Shown: positions 9,274-16,378 of the stretch, piece after piece
Layout: every line of letters begins with the position of its first letter
Position numbering within the stretch: position 1 is the first letter of the stretch
Assembly (NCBI GenBank): GCA_965224465.1
Contig: OZ245049.1
Span: forward strand, 120,001-152,000
Length of the DNA: 32,000 nt
Direction of reading: 5' to 3'
Origin: Flavobacteriaceae bacterium
GTDB taxonomy: Bacteria; Bacteroidota; Bacteroidia; Flavobacteriales; Flavobacteriaceae
The notes under the pieces: model-generated
Database searches by the model: none
The model's input: the letters and a program-made list of their open reading frames with translations, nothing else
What the model was told of the DNA's origin: nothing
Translations under genes and position numbers: made by a program

Positions 9274-9723
9274 TTTTTATTTTCTTTTTTGATTTTGAAT
9301 CAGTACCGGTTTTGAATTGTAATGAATTTAGTTTTAAGTTAGGTGTAATTTCAAAAAGGATTGTGTTTATGCCTTTTGGTTTTGTTTTAATAGCTTCTTG
9401 TTTGCGTAATTCCTTTAATAAATTCTCAGCTTTTGGGTCTTTTAAATTAACCTGTTTTTTAGTAGAACTATCTTTTTTAAAATTGTCTTTAGATATTTCT
9501 AATAAAATATTTTCTACTTCTTTTTTTTGTTCTTTTGTTCCGTTTTTATGAGTTTCTTTATAATGTTTGTAAACTTTAAACGCCTTATCTTCTTTAGATT
9601 TAAGAGTATTATCTCTTCTAGTTTCTAAACCATTATAACCGCCATTTATTGTATATGATGTATATTGAATATTATCTACATCGGCATAATCAACAGTATA
9701 TTTAGATTTATAAGGGTTTGATC
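9257..9723 (-). pseudogene. Start-less ~155-codon open frame (gene remnant or frameshifted gene) abutting IS66
   Basis: Manual minus-strand translation gives SNPYKSKYTVDYADVDNIQYTSYTINGGYNGLETRRDNTLKSKEDKAFKVYKHYKETHKNGTKEQKKEVENILLEISKDNFKKDSSTKKQVNLKDPKAENLLKELRKQEAIKTKPKGINTILFEITPNLKLNSLQFKTGTDSKSKKKIKNEKFT*. There is no in-frame ATG, GTG or TTG. An in-frame TGA sits exactly at the IS junction. The nearest ATGs (9687, 9681) are out of frame and hit TAG at 9678..9676. The stop at 9259..9257 overlaps the start of the next lipoprotein gene (9273). Confidence 0.4.
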
Positions 9724-9802
9724 GTAAGCGTACGGAGAACTACATCTTGTAAGAAGTTAAAAATAATCTAATTTTTGCATCTAAACAAAAACGAAAATAT
9801 AA

Positions 9803-10144
9803 ATGTTAGGATTAGGTACAGAACACACGTATTATTATCACTTATCTGCAGTTGATATGCGAAAAGGATTTAATGGATTAAGTGGATTAGTTAGTGAGCA
9901 CATGGAACAAGAGCGAGATAGAAATAGTGTTTATGCATTTATCAATAAGCAAAAAAATAAACTAAAACTTCTTCATTGGCGACCTGGAGGATTTGTACTG
10001 TATTATAAACGATTGGAACGAGGTATTTTTGAGCTTCCAAAATACGACATTGAAGATGGATTAGTAGTTTTGAGTTATACCCAAATGGTTATGGTTTTAG
10101 ACGGAATTAGTATTATAAATACTCAGAAAACGAACGTTATTTAG
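9803..10144 (+). CDS. tnpB: IS66 Orf2-like protein TnpB
   Basis: 113-aa ORF inside the IS. The sequence DMRKGFNGLSGLV...LKLLHWRPGGFVLYYKRLERGIFELP matches the recalled IS66 Orf2 family pattern. Confidence 0.9.
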   Translation: MLGLGTEHTYYYHLSAVDMRKGFNGLSGLVSEHMEQERDRNSVYAFINKQKNKLKLLHWRPGGFVLYYKRLERGIFELPKYDIEDGLVVLSYTQMVMVLDGISIINTQKTNVI

Positions 10145-10198
10145 AGGCTAAATAATTCAATAAAACTGTAGGTTTTACCTGCTATTTAGTCTTGTTTT

Positions 10199-11701
10199 TT
10201 GTATATTTATAGTGTGGAAAACAATACAATAGACATACAAAAAGAGCTGGTAATTTTAAAGATTGAACTTGAAAAAACAGCTCAAGAACTAGCTGAAATT
10301 AAGCAGCAATACGAGCAGCTTAAAAGAATGGTTTTCGGGTCTAAAAGCGAACGTTTTATCCCTGTTGACACAAATCAATTGTCGCTTTTCGGAAAAATAA
10401 TAGCTGAGAAAGAAGAGGCATACAAAAAACATATTGTAATCTACGAAAGAAAACAAAAGAAGAAAGGAAAGAAAAAACCTGTTCGCTCTTCTATACCTGC
10501 GCATTTTCCGCGAGTAGAAGAGATTATAGAGCCTAAGCACATAGAAGAAGGAGCTGTAAAAATAGGAGAAGAAGTTACAGAACTTTTAGAAATAACGCCT
10601 CTTTCCGTTTTTGTAAGACGAATTGTAAGACCTAAATATGCACTTCCGGAAGAAAAAGGCGTTGTTATAGCAGAATTACCAAGCTTACCGATACCTAAAG
10701 GAAATGCATCAGCAAGTTTATTGGCCTTTATACTTATTTCAAAATTTGTAGACCATTTACCACTTTACAGATTAATTCAAATTTTTAAACGACAAGATTT
10801 AAAAGTAAGTAAATCAACAATTGGAGGATGGGTATCTAAAAGTTCGGAGCTTATCGCTCCTTTATACGATACATTTAAGGCTCAGTTTTTAGAAAATGCC
10901 AATTATATTCAAGCAGACGAATCTCCTATAAAGGTTTTAGATAAAGACAAGAAAAAATCAACACACAGAGGGTATATGTGGGTGTATCGAAATCCTGTTA
11001 AAAATTTAGTTCTTTTTGAATACAATAAAGGGAGAGGAAAAGTTGTTCCAGAAGAGTTTTTTAAAGATTTCAATGGGACACTACAGTCCGATGGGTATGC
11101 TGCATACCAAAACTTAACAACAAAAGGAGAAATTACTCTTTTAGGTTGCATGGCTCATGCTAGGCGGTATTTTGAGAAGGCGCTGGATAATGATCCTAAA
11201 AGAGCGGATGTTGTTTTGTTGGAAATTCAAAAGCTATACAAGATAGAACGTAAAATAAAAGAACAAGAATTAACTATTGAGCAAACTAAAGCATATAGAG
11301 AAAAACATGCATCACCTGTTTTAGACGGAATAGAAATTTATCTTACAAAAGAGCGAAAAAACGTACTGCCTAAAAGTGCCATAGGAAAAGCAATTGCTTA
11401 TACTCTTAAAATATGGCAAAACCTAAAACTATACATCGATGATGGCAGGTTTGAAATAGACAACAATAATATAGAAAATGCCATAAGACCTTTAGCTATT
11501 GGCAGAAAAAATTATCTCTTTGCTGGCAGTCATGAGTCCGCACAAAACATAGCTCTATTTTATAGCTTTTTTGCTACTTGCAAAAAGAATAACGTAAACC
11601 CACATACGTGGCTATGTGATGTCCTTAATAGATTACCAGAACATAAGGCTAATAAACTTTCGGAGTTACTGCCTCAAAATTGGAAGCCTGTTGATAAATA
11701 A
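10199..11701 (+). CDS. tnpC: IS66-family transposase TnpC
   Basis: 500-aa ORF with an N-terminal coiled coil followed by MVFGSKSERF. It has a DDE-region pattern (IQADESPIKVL, GYMWVYR, LQSDGYAAY, GCMAHARRYF) and the C-terminal IDNNNIENAIRPLAIGRKNYLFAGS. The track start is TTG; the true start could be GTG at 10213. Confidence 0.9.
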   Translation: MYIYSVENNTIDIQKELVILKIELEKTAQELAEIKQQYEQLKRMVFGSKSERFIPVDTNQLSLFGKIIAEKEEAYKKHIVIYERKQKKKGKKKPVRSSIPAHFPRVEEIIEPKHIEEGAVKIGEEVTELLEITPLSVFVRRIVRPKYALPEEKGVVIAELPSLPIPKGNASASLLAFILISKFVDHLPLYRLIQIFKRQDLKVSKSTIGGWVSKSSELIAPLYDTFKAQFLENANYIQADESPIKVLDKDKKKSTHRGYMWVYRNPVKNLVLFEYNKGRGKVVPEEFFKDFNGTLQSDGYAAYQNLTTKGEITLLGCMAHARRYFEKALDNDPKRADVVLLEIQKLYKIERKIKEQELTIEQTKAYREKHASPVLDGIEIYLTKERKNVLPKSAIGKAIAYTLKIWQNLKLYIDDGRFEIDNNNIENAIRPLAIGRKNYLFAGSHESAQNIALFYSFFATCKKNNVNPHTWLCDVLNRLPEHKANKLSELLPQNWKPVDK

Positions 11702-11966
11702 TCAAGGGTGTACTTTACCGTACGCTTACGTTTGATCATAGTTTATTGCCAAACGTTTTTTATTCGCGTACAACCGCTCTAATTAGGTCTGAGTAATTTT
11801 TCCACAATAACCTGATAAAGACCTGAATGATATCTCATCTTGTAATATTATTCAATGCAGACTATTCAGAATAGTAATAATTCTATTATCACGAGTTTTA
11901 GTTGAAGTAGTCAATATGTTTTTCCTCTGCAGTTTTATTGAACTTTATTATATTAGGTCTCCTTTC

Positions 11967-12248
11967 TTAACTATTGATAAACTCAGGCTTCTTATAACTA
12001 GTTTCAAAGTCAGTATCTTTTATTGAACAATTTTTTAAAATAGCAGATCCAAAATGTGTTTCTTTTACAACTACATTTTCAAATGTACACTTATCCATGA
12101 AGACATTTGTTAAATTAGCGTTTTCTAATGTTACGTTTATAAATGTAACATTTGTCATTTTACAATCACTAAAGTCTATATCGTTTAGATTAGAATCTTC
12201 AATAATACAGTCATTTAAATAAGCCTTTGGAGCGTACATGTTTTCCAA
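11967..12248 (-). CDS. Pentapeptide-repeat protein, C-terminal fragment of an interrupted gene
   Basis: 93-aa ORF (TTG start in the track; first ATG at 12239) made of A(D/N)LXX-type pentads (SNLND IDFSD CKMTN VTFIN VTLEN ANLTN ...). It is in frame with the upstream ORF and separated from it only by one TAA. Confidence 0.6.
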   Translation of the reverse strand: MENMYAPKAYLNDCIIEDSNLNDIDFSDCKMTNVTFINVTLENANLTNVFMDKCTFENVVVKETHFGSAILKNCSIKDTDFETSYKKPEFINS

Positions 12249-12272
12249 AATAGAATTACGAAAAACTGATTT

Positions 12273-12638
12273 TTAAAAATTTACTTCCATCATACTACTA
12301 TCCATTAGATTAACTTTAGTAAAAATTGAACCGGATAGATTACCTCTTGTAAAAGATATCTCTTTAAGGTTGGCTCCTGTGAAATCACAATTCGTGAATT
12401 CTTGGTGAGGTAAATAACTATCGATCATCTTTACATTTTTAAAGCTTACTTTATCTAAATTTATTTCTGATGATTCAAGATCGCTAATTGGTAAACCACT
12501 GAGGTCCATATTGTCGAAACATGCTTTTTTACCTTCATTTTTATTCTTGAGCCATAACTTATGAAGTTTTATGATTTTTACAACTTGATTTTTTGTTGAA
12601 TGGAGGTTCATTTTTATTTTATGTTTGGTAACACCCAT
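12273..12638 (-). CDS. Pentapeptide-repeat protein, N-terminal fragment of an interrupted gene
   Basis: 121-aa ORF whose pentads (ANLKE ISFTR GNLSG SIFTK VNLMD ...) run up to its TAA at 12275..12273. Confidence 0.6.
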   Translation of the reverse strand: MGVTKHKIKMNLHSTKNQVVKIIKLHKLWLKNKNEGKKACFDNMDLSGLPISDLESSEINLDKVSFKNVKMIDSYLPHQEFTNCDFTGANLKEISFTRGNLSGSIFTKVNLMDSSMMEVNF

Positions 12639-12847
12639 ATATCATCAATAAACTTCCAAAACTTGACGTTATTTCCGTTATGTCTATAGATAGTTTCGGG
12701 GTATGTGTTGTTTCTTTGTTAAAAAGTATTCGATTTTTTTAAATATTCAAGCGATCCAACGATTTTTTTATTGTTAATTTCAATGGTCTTGTTGTAAAAC
12801 TCTGTGGTTTTTGGAGAAGCATGGCTTAACACCAATTACAATCCAAA

Positions 12848-12934
12848 ATGACAGCTATAAATAGTTTATTTTATGTGCTGGCGTTGTTGAAAAACAGAAC
12901 GATAGCTATGGCTATCCTTATGTTTTTCGCCTAG
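12848..12934 (+). CDS. Candidate small ORF, array copy 1 (28 aa: MTAINSLFYVLALLKNRTIAMAILMFFA)
   Basis: Manual translation of an ATG..TAG frame. It is too short for the ORF track. Support comes only from the conservation pattern across the five copies (see findings). Confidence 0.3.
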   Translation: MTAINSLFYVLALLKNRTIAMAILMFFA

Positions 12935-13009
12935 CTAGAACAAAAAATAATTCCATTTCTAAACCATCACTTGGAAATGTATTTGGTGTAACACCAATTA
13001 CAATCCAAA

Positions 13010-13096
13010 ATGACAGCTATAAATAGTTTATTTTATGTGCTGGCGTTGTTGAAAAACAGAACGATAGCTATGGCTATCCTTATGTTTTTCGCCTAG
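13010..13096 (+). CDS. Candidate small ORF, array copy 2 (identical to copy 1)
   Basis: Same ATG..TAG frame, 162 bp downstream of copy 1. Confidence 0.3.
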   Translation: MTAINSLFYVLALLKNRTIAMAILMFFA

Positions 13097-13171
13097 CTAG
13101 AACAAAAAATAATTCCATTTCTAAACCATCACTTGGAAATGTATTTGGTGTAACACCAATTACAATCCAAA

Positions 13172-13258
13172 ATGACAGCTATAAATAGTTTATTTTATGT
13201 GCTGGCGTTGTTGAAAAACAGAACGATAGCTAAGGCTATCCATCCATTTTTCGCCTAG
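13172..13258 (+). CDS. Candidate small ORF, array copy 3 (28 aa: MTAINSLFYVLALLKNRTIAKAIHPFFA)
   Basis: Same frame and length as copy 1. Only the tail differs. Confidence 0.3.
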   Translation: MTAINSLFYVLALLKNRTIAKAIHPFFA

Positions 13259-13282
13259 CTATAATACCAATTACAATCCAAA

Positions 13283-13369
13283 ATGACAGCTATAAATAGT
13301 TTATTTTATGTGCTAGCGTTGTTGAAAAACAGAACGATAGCTAAGGCTATCCATCCATTTTTCGCCTAG
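13283..13369 (+). CDS. Candidate small ORF, array copy 4 (same peptide as copy 3)
   Basis: Differs from copy 3 within the ORF only by a synonymous CTG->CTA change. Confidence 0.3.
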   Translation: MTAINSLFYVLALLKNRTIAKAIHPFFA

Positions 13370-13393
13370 CTATAATACCAATTACAATCCAAA

Positions 13394-13474
13394 ATGACAG
13401 CTATAAATAGTTTATTTTATGTGCTAGCGTTGTTGAAAAATAGAACGATAGCTATCCTTAGATTTTTCGCCTAA
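13394..13474 (+). CDS. Candidate small ORF, array copy 5 (26 aa: MTAINSLFYVLALLKNRTIAILRFFA)
   Basis: Relative to copy 1 it has a 6-nt in-frame deletion and synonymous CTA and AAT codons. The stop is kept, as TAA instead of TAG. Confidence 0.3.
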   Translation: MTAINSLFYVLALLKNRTIAILRFFA

Positions 13475-13479
13475 CTAGA

Positions 13480-13524
13480 ACAAAAAACAAATACATTTCT
13501 AAACCGTAATTTGGAAATGTATTT
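13480..13524 (-). terminator. Rho-independent terminator of the acyl-CoA ligase gene (inside array copy 5)
   Basis: Perfect 11-bp stem AAATACATTTC (13489..13499) / GAAATGTATTT (13514..13524) with a 14-nt loop. On the minus strand it is followed by GTTTTTTG. It lies 34 nt downstream of the stop at 13558. Confidence 0.6.
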
Positions 13525-13557
13525 GGTATTAAAAGGGTCTTTAGCTATAGAGTTCAA

Positions 13558-15339
13558 TTACTCTTTGTCGTATATTTTATTGTACAAAGCGATGTATTTT
13601 GCTTTTATTTCAGCTCTTTTTGGTTTCATAGTAGGAGTTAGCAATCCATTGTCAATTCCCCAAACATCAGGTGTTAATTCAAAACGTTTGATTGTTTCCC
13701 ATTTAGCGAAGCGTTTGTTTGCTTTATCTACTTCTTTTTGGATACGGGTAATTACATGTGGGTTTAAAATCAAATCTGCATTGTTATTTGATAGAGGCTC
13801 ATGATGAATCCTAGCCCATTCTCTTAAGAACTCATAATTTGGTTGGATAATGGCAGCTGCCATTTTTTCTCCTTCACCTACAACCATTACTTGCTCAATA
13901 AAACGAGATTGTTTTACACGGTTTTCTAATAAAGCAGGGACTACATATTTACCACCCGAGGTTTTGAAAATTTCTTTTTTACGTCCAGTAATGGTTAGAA
14001 ATCCATTTTCATCTATTTCTCCTTTGTCTCCTGTATGGAAATAATCATCAGTCATAACCGATGTTGTTTTTTCGGGGTCTTTATAATAACGCATCATAAT
14101 ATTAGGTCCTTTGACTAAAATTTCTCCATCATTAGCTATTTTTACCGATACATTATCTATAGGTTTACCTACAGAGCCAATTTTCATTCCTTTATTAGCA
14201 TATTCATTTACAGAAATTACTGGAGATGTTTCTGTCAATCCATAACCTTCCATAATTTGCATTCCTGCAGCTGTAAATACTCTTGCTAAACGCGGTTGTA
14301 ATGCCGCAGAACCAGAGACCATTGTGCTCATGTTTCCTCCCAGTGCATCTCTCCATTTACTAAAGATTAGTGTATCCGCAATGCGTAGTTTAAATTCGTA
14401 CCACCAACCATTTTTACCGTAAGGTTTATAGCGCAAACCAACACCAACAGCCCAAAAGAAAATTATTTTTTTAATTCCAGTAAGCTCACTTCCTTTTGTG
14501 ATAATTCCATCATATACTTTTTCTAATAATCTAGGAACAACACTCATTAAATGAGGTTTAATCTCTTTCATATTATCACCGATTTTATCAATTCCTTCTG
14601 CGAAATTAATGCTTATTCCGTTGTATTGATAGAGGTAGAGTAGCATACGTTCAAAAACGTGACATACGGGTAAGAAGCTCAGAACAATCGTTTTTCCTGT
14701 TTCTACAGGTAATTTTTTAGTACAATCAATTACATTGCTCACAATATTTTTATGAGAAAGCATCACTCCCTTAGGTCTTCCTGTAGTTCCAGAAGTATAG
14801 ATTATGGTTGCGAGATCATTTTCTGAAACCTTATTTCTAATCTCATCTACTTCTGATTGATTGCTGTTGTCTTTTCCAAGTTCTAAAATTTCTTCCCAAT
14901 TTTTACATCCCTCAACCTTATCAAAGGAGTAGATCTCTTTTAAGGTACTTGCTTTTTTCTTGGTAAGGCTTGCTTTTTCAAACAATTCACTGTCTGAAAG
15001 AAAACAATGTGTTACTTGTGCATGGTTAAATATATATTCATAATCACTTGCAGATATGGTAGGGTAAATAGGAACATTTTGAGCTCCAATTTGGAGGATT
15101 CCTACATCCATGATATTCCATTCGGTACGATTTGTACTAGAAATAACGGCTATTTTATCGTTTGGTTTTACACCGAGTCTCAATAACCCACGGCTGATGG
15201 CATTTGCTTTTTCTAAAAATTCTTCACTAGATGTAGCCACCCATTTCCCGTTGTATTTTGTAACAAAAGCTTTGGGTAGGTTATACGTTTCCTTTTGATG
15301 ATAAGCAAAATCGAAAGTACGTGTTATTTTTTGAGACAT
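13558..15339 (-). CDS. Long-chain-fatty-acid--CoA ligase (AMP-dependent synthetase)
   Basis: 593-aa ORF with the AMP-binding motif IYTSGTTGRPKGVMLSH, then EGYGLTETS, FHTGDKGEIDENGFLTITGRKKEIFKTSGGKY, and the C-terminal LTPTMKPKR. Confidence 0.9.
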   Translation of the reverse strand: MSQKITRTFDFAYHQKETYNLPKAFVTKYNGKWVATSSEEFLEKANAISRGLLRLGVKPNDKIAVISSTNRTEWNIMDVGILQIGAQNVPIYPTISASDYEYIFNHAQVTHCFLSDSELFEKASLTKKKASTLKEIYSFDKVEGCKNWEEILELGKDNSNQSEVDEIRNKVSENDLATIIYTSGTTGRPKGVMLSHKNIVSNVIDCTKKLPVETGKTIVLSFLPVCHVFERMLLYLYQYNGISINFAEGIDKIGDNMKEIKPHLMSVVPRLLEKVYDGIITKGSELTGIKKIIFFWAVGVGLRYKPYGKNGWWYEFKLRIADTLIFSKWRDALGGNMSTMVSGSAALQPRLARVFTAAGMQIMEGYGLTETSPVISVNEYANKGMKIGSVGKPIDNVSVKIANDGEILVKGPNIMMRYYKDPEKTTSVMTDDYFHTGDKGEIDENGFLTITGRKKEIFKTSGGKYVVPALLENRVKQSRFIEQVMVVGEGEKMAAAIIQPNYEFLREWARIHHEPLSNNNADLILNPHVITRIQKEVDKANKRFAKWETIKRFELTPDVWGIDNGLLTPTMKPKRAEIKAKYIALYNKIYDKE

Positions 15340-15413
15340 TGTGATATAGTTTAGTTAAGTAATTTATTTTTTTACAGCACAGAAAATTGGGCTGATGAAA
15401 TTGTAAGAGTTAA

Positions 15414-16376
15414 TTATAGAAATCGTTGAAGTATATTTTCAATCGAATCAATCTTTTTTGTTTCTTCTATTGTAGGACCTGCAACCCAAACAGTTTTGTA
15501 GGTTGCAGATGTTGCTGCTTTAGAAATTATATTGGTGCCAATCATAAAACGCAACATTTTCACCCACTTTTTTAGTTTTTTATTTTTATTTAAAAGGCTT
15601 TCTAACCACCCTTGTTTGGTGCCTAATTTTTGAACATAGGGGGTGTTGATGACTGTGCAAGGAGTTCCTGATATTTTTTCTGTCATTACAATATCATTTG
15701 CTCCATAATCAACACAGGCTTGTTTGTATTCTTTAGAGATGTCGGATTCTATAGAAGCAATAAATGGACTTCCAATGGAGACGCCAATAGCTCCAGCTTC
15801 CATCATTTTATCTAAATCTATTTTATTAGAAACACCTCCTGCCGAAATTACTGGAATAGTACAAGCTTTTGTGAGTGCTTTGATTAACGCCTCAGGAGTA
15901 GTGTTTCCACGATGTCCGCCAGCTTTATTGTTGACAGCAATTACGGCATCACAGCCTAGTTCTTCAACTATTTTGGCGTATTTTACATCAACTACATCAC
16001 ATAAAACTTTAATCCCTTTTGGCTTGCATTGTGCAATGGTATGTCTAGGACTCCCCAGAGATGTGATGATAAAATCTACTCCGAGCTCACAACAAGCAGC
16101 CAATTGATCTTTGTATTTTATGTTTGATTTATTAACAATAAGGTTAATTCCAAAAGAACCACCTTCAACTTTTGCGTTTTTAAGTTCCTTAATGGCTTCT
16201 TTGAGTTCGGGTATTGTTCTGTAGTTTAATGCAGGTACACAGGCAGCTACACCATGTTCCATTCCGGCAATCAACATTTTTACATTTGAAACTAAAAACA
16301 TGGGTGCTATTATTATAGGGTGTTTAATACCTAATAATGAGGAAAGTGACGTAATTGTAGTGCTTGTGTTTTTCAT
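15414..16376 (-). CDS. Nitronate monooxygenase family / FabK-like FMN oxidoreductase
   Basis: 320-aa ORF with a TIM-barrel NMO pattern: IKHPIIIAPMFLVSN, AGGHRG, PVISAGGV and GAIGVSIGSPF. Confidence 0.8.
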   Translation of the reverse strand: MKNTSTTITSLSSLLGIKHPIIIAPMFLVSNVKMLIAGMEHGVAACVPALNYRTIPELKEAIKELKNAKVEGGSFGINLIVNKSNIKYKDQLAACCELGVDFIITSLGSPRHTIAQCKPKGIKVLCDVVDVKYAKIVEELGCDAVIAVNNKAGGHRGNTTPEALIKALTKACTIPVISAGGVSNKIDLDKMMEAGAIGVSIGSPFIASIESDISKEYKQACVDYGANDIVMTEKISGTPCTVINTPYVQKLGTKQGWLESLLNKNKKLKKWVKMLRFMIGTNIISKAATSATYKTVWVAGPTIEETKKIDSIENILQRFL

Positions 16377-16378
16377 AG

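Larger units (their letters stand above)
9724..11729 (+). mobile_element. IS66-family insertion sequence (tnpB + tnpC, no tnpA), 2006 bp
   Basis: Terminal inverted repeats begin with GTAAGCGTACGG, the hallmark IS66 end. The left end at 9724 reads GTAAGCGTACGGAGAACTAC. The right end, read as the reverse complement of ..11729, reads GTAAGCGTACGGTAAAGTAC. A perfect 8-bp direct target duplication GTTTGATC lies at 9716..9723 and 11730..11737. Confidence 0.9.
12826..13530 (+). repeat. Five-copy head-to-tail tandem array (units 162, 162, 111, 111, ~154 bp)
   Basis: Unit starts (ACCAATTACAATCC) are at 12831, 12993, 13155, 13266 and 13377. Copies 1 and 2 are identical. Copies 3 and 4 lack a 51-nt extension module. 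There are no unique spacers between units. Confidence 0.95.

Noticed and set aside
9312-9551. 79-aa plus-strand ORF
   Set aside because: It lies antisense to the ~155-codon open frame on the minus strand. That frame is far longer than chance would allow in this AT-rich sequence. The plus-strand product is low-complexity and Phe/Ser/Leu-rich.
12826-13530. Whether the tandem repeat array could be a CRISPR array
   Set aside because: The units abut directly with no unique spacers. The units are 111-162 bp long, and no cas genes are nearby.
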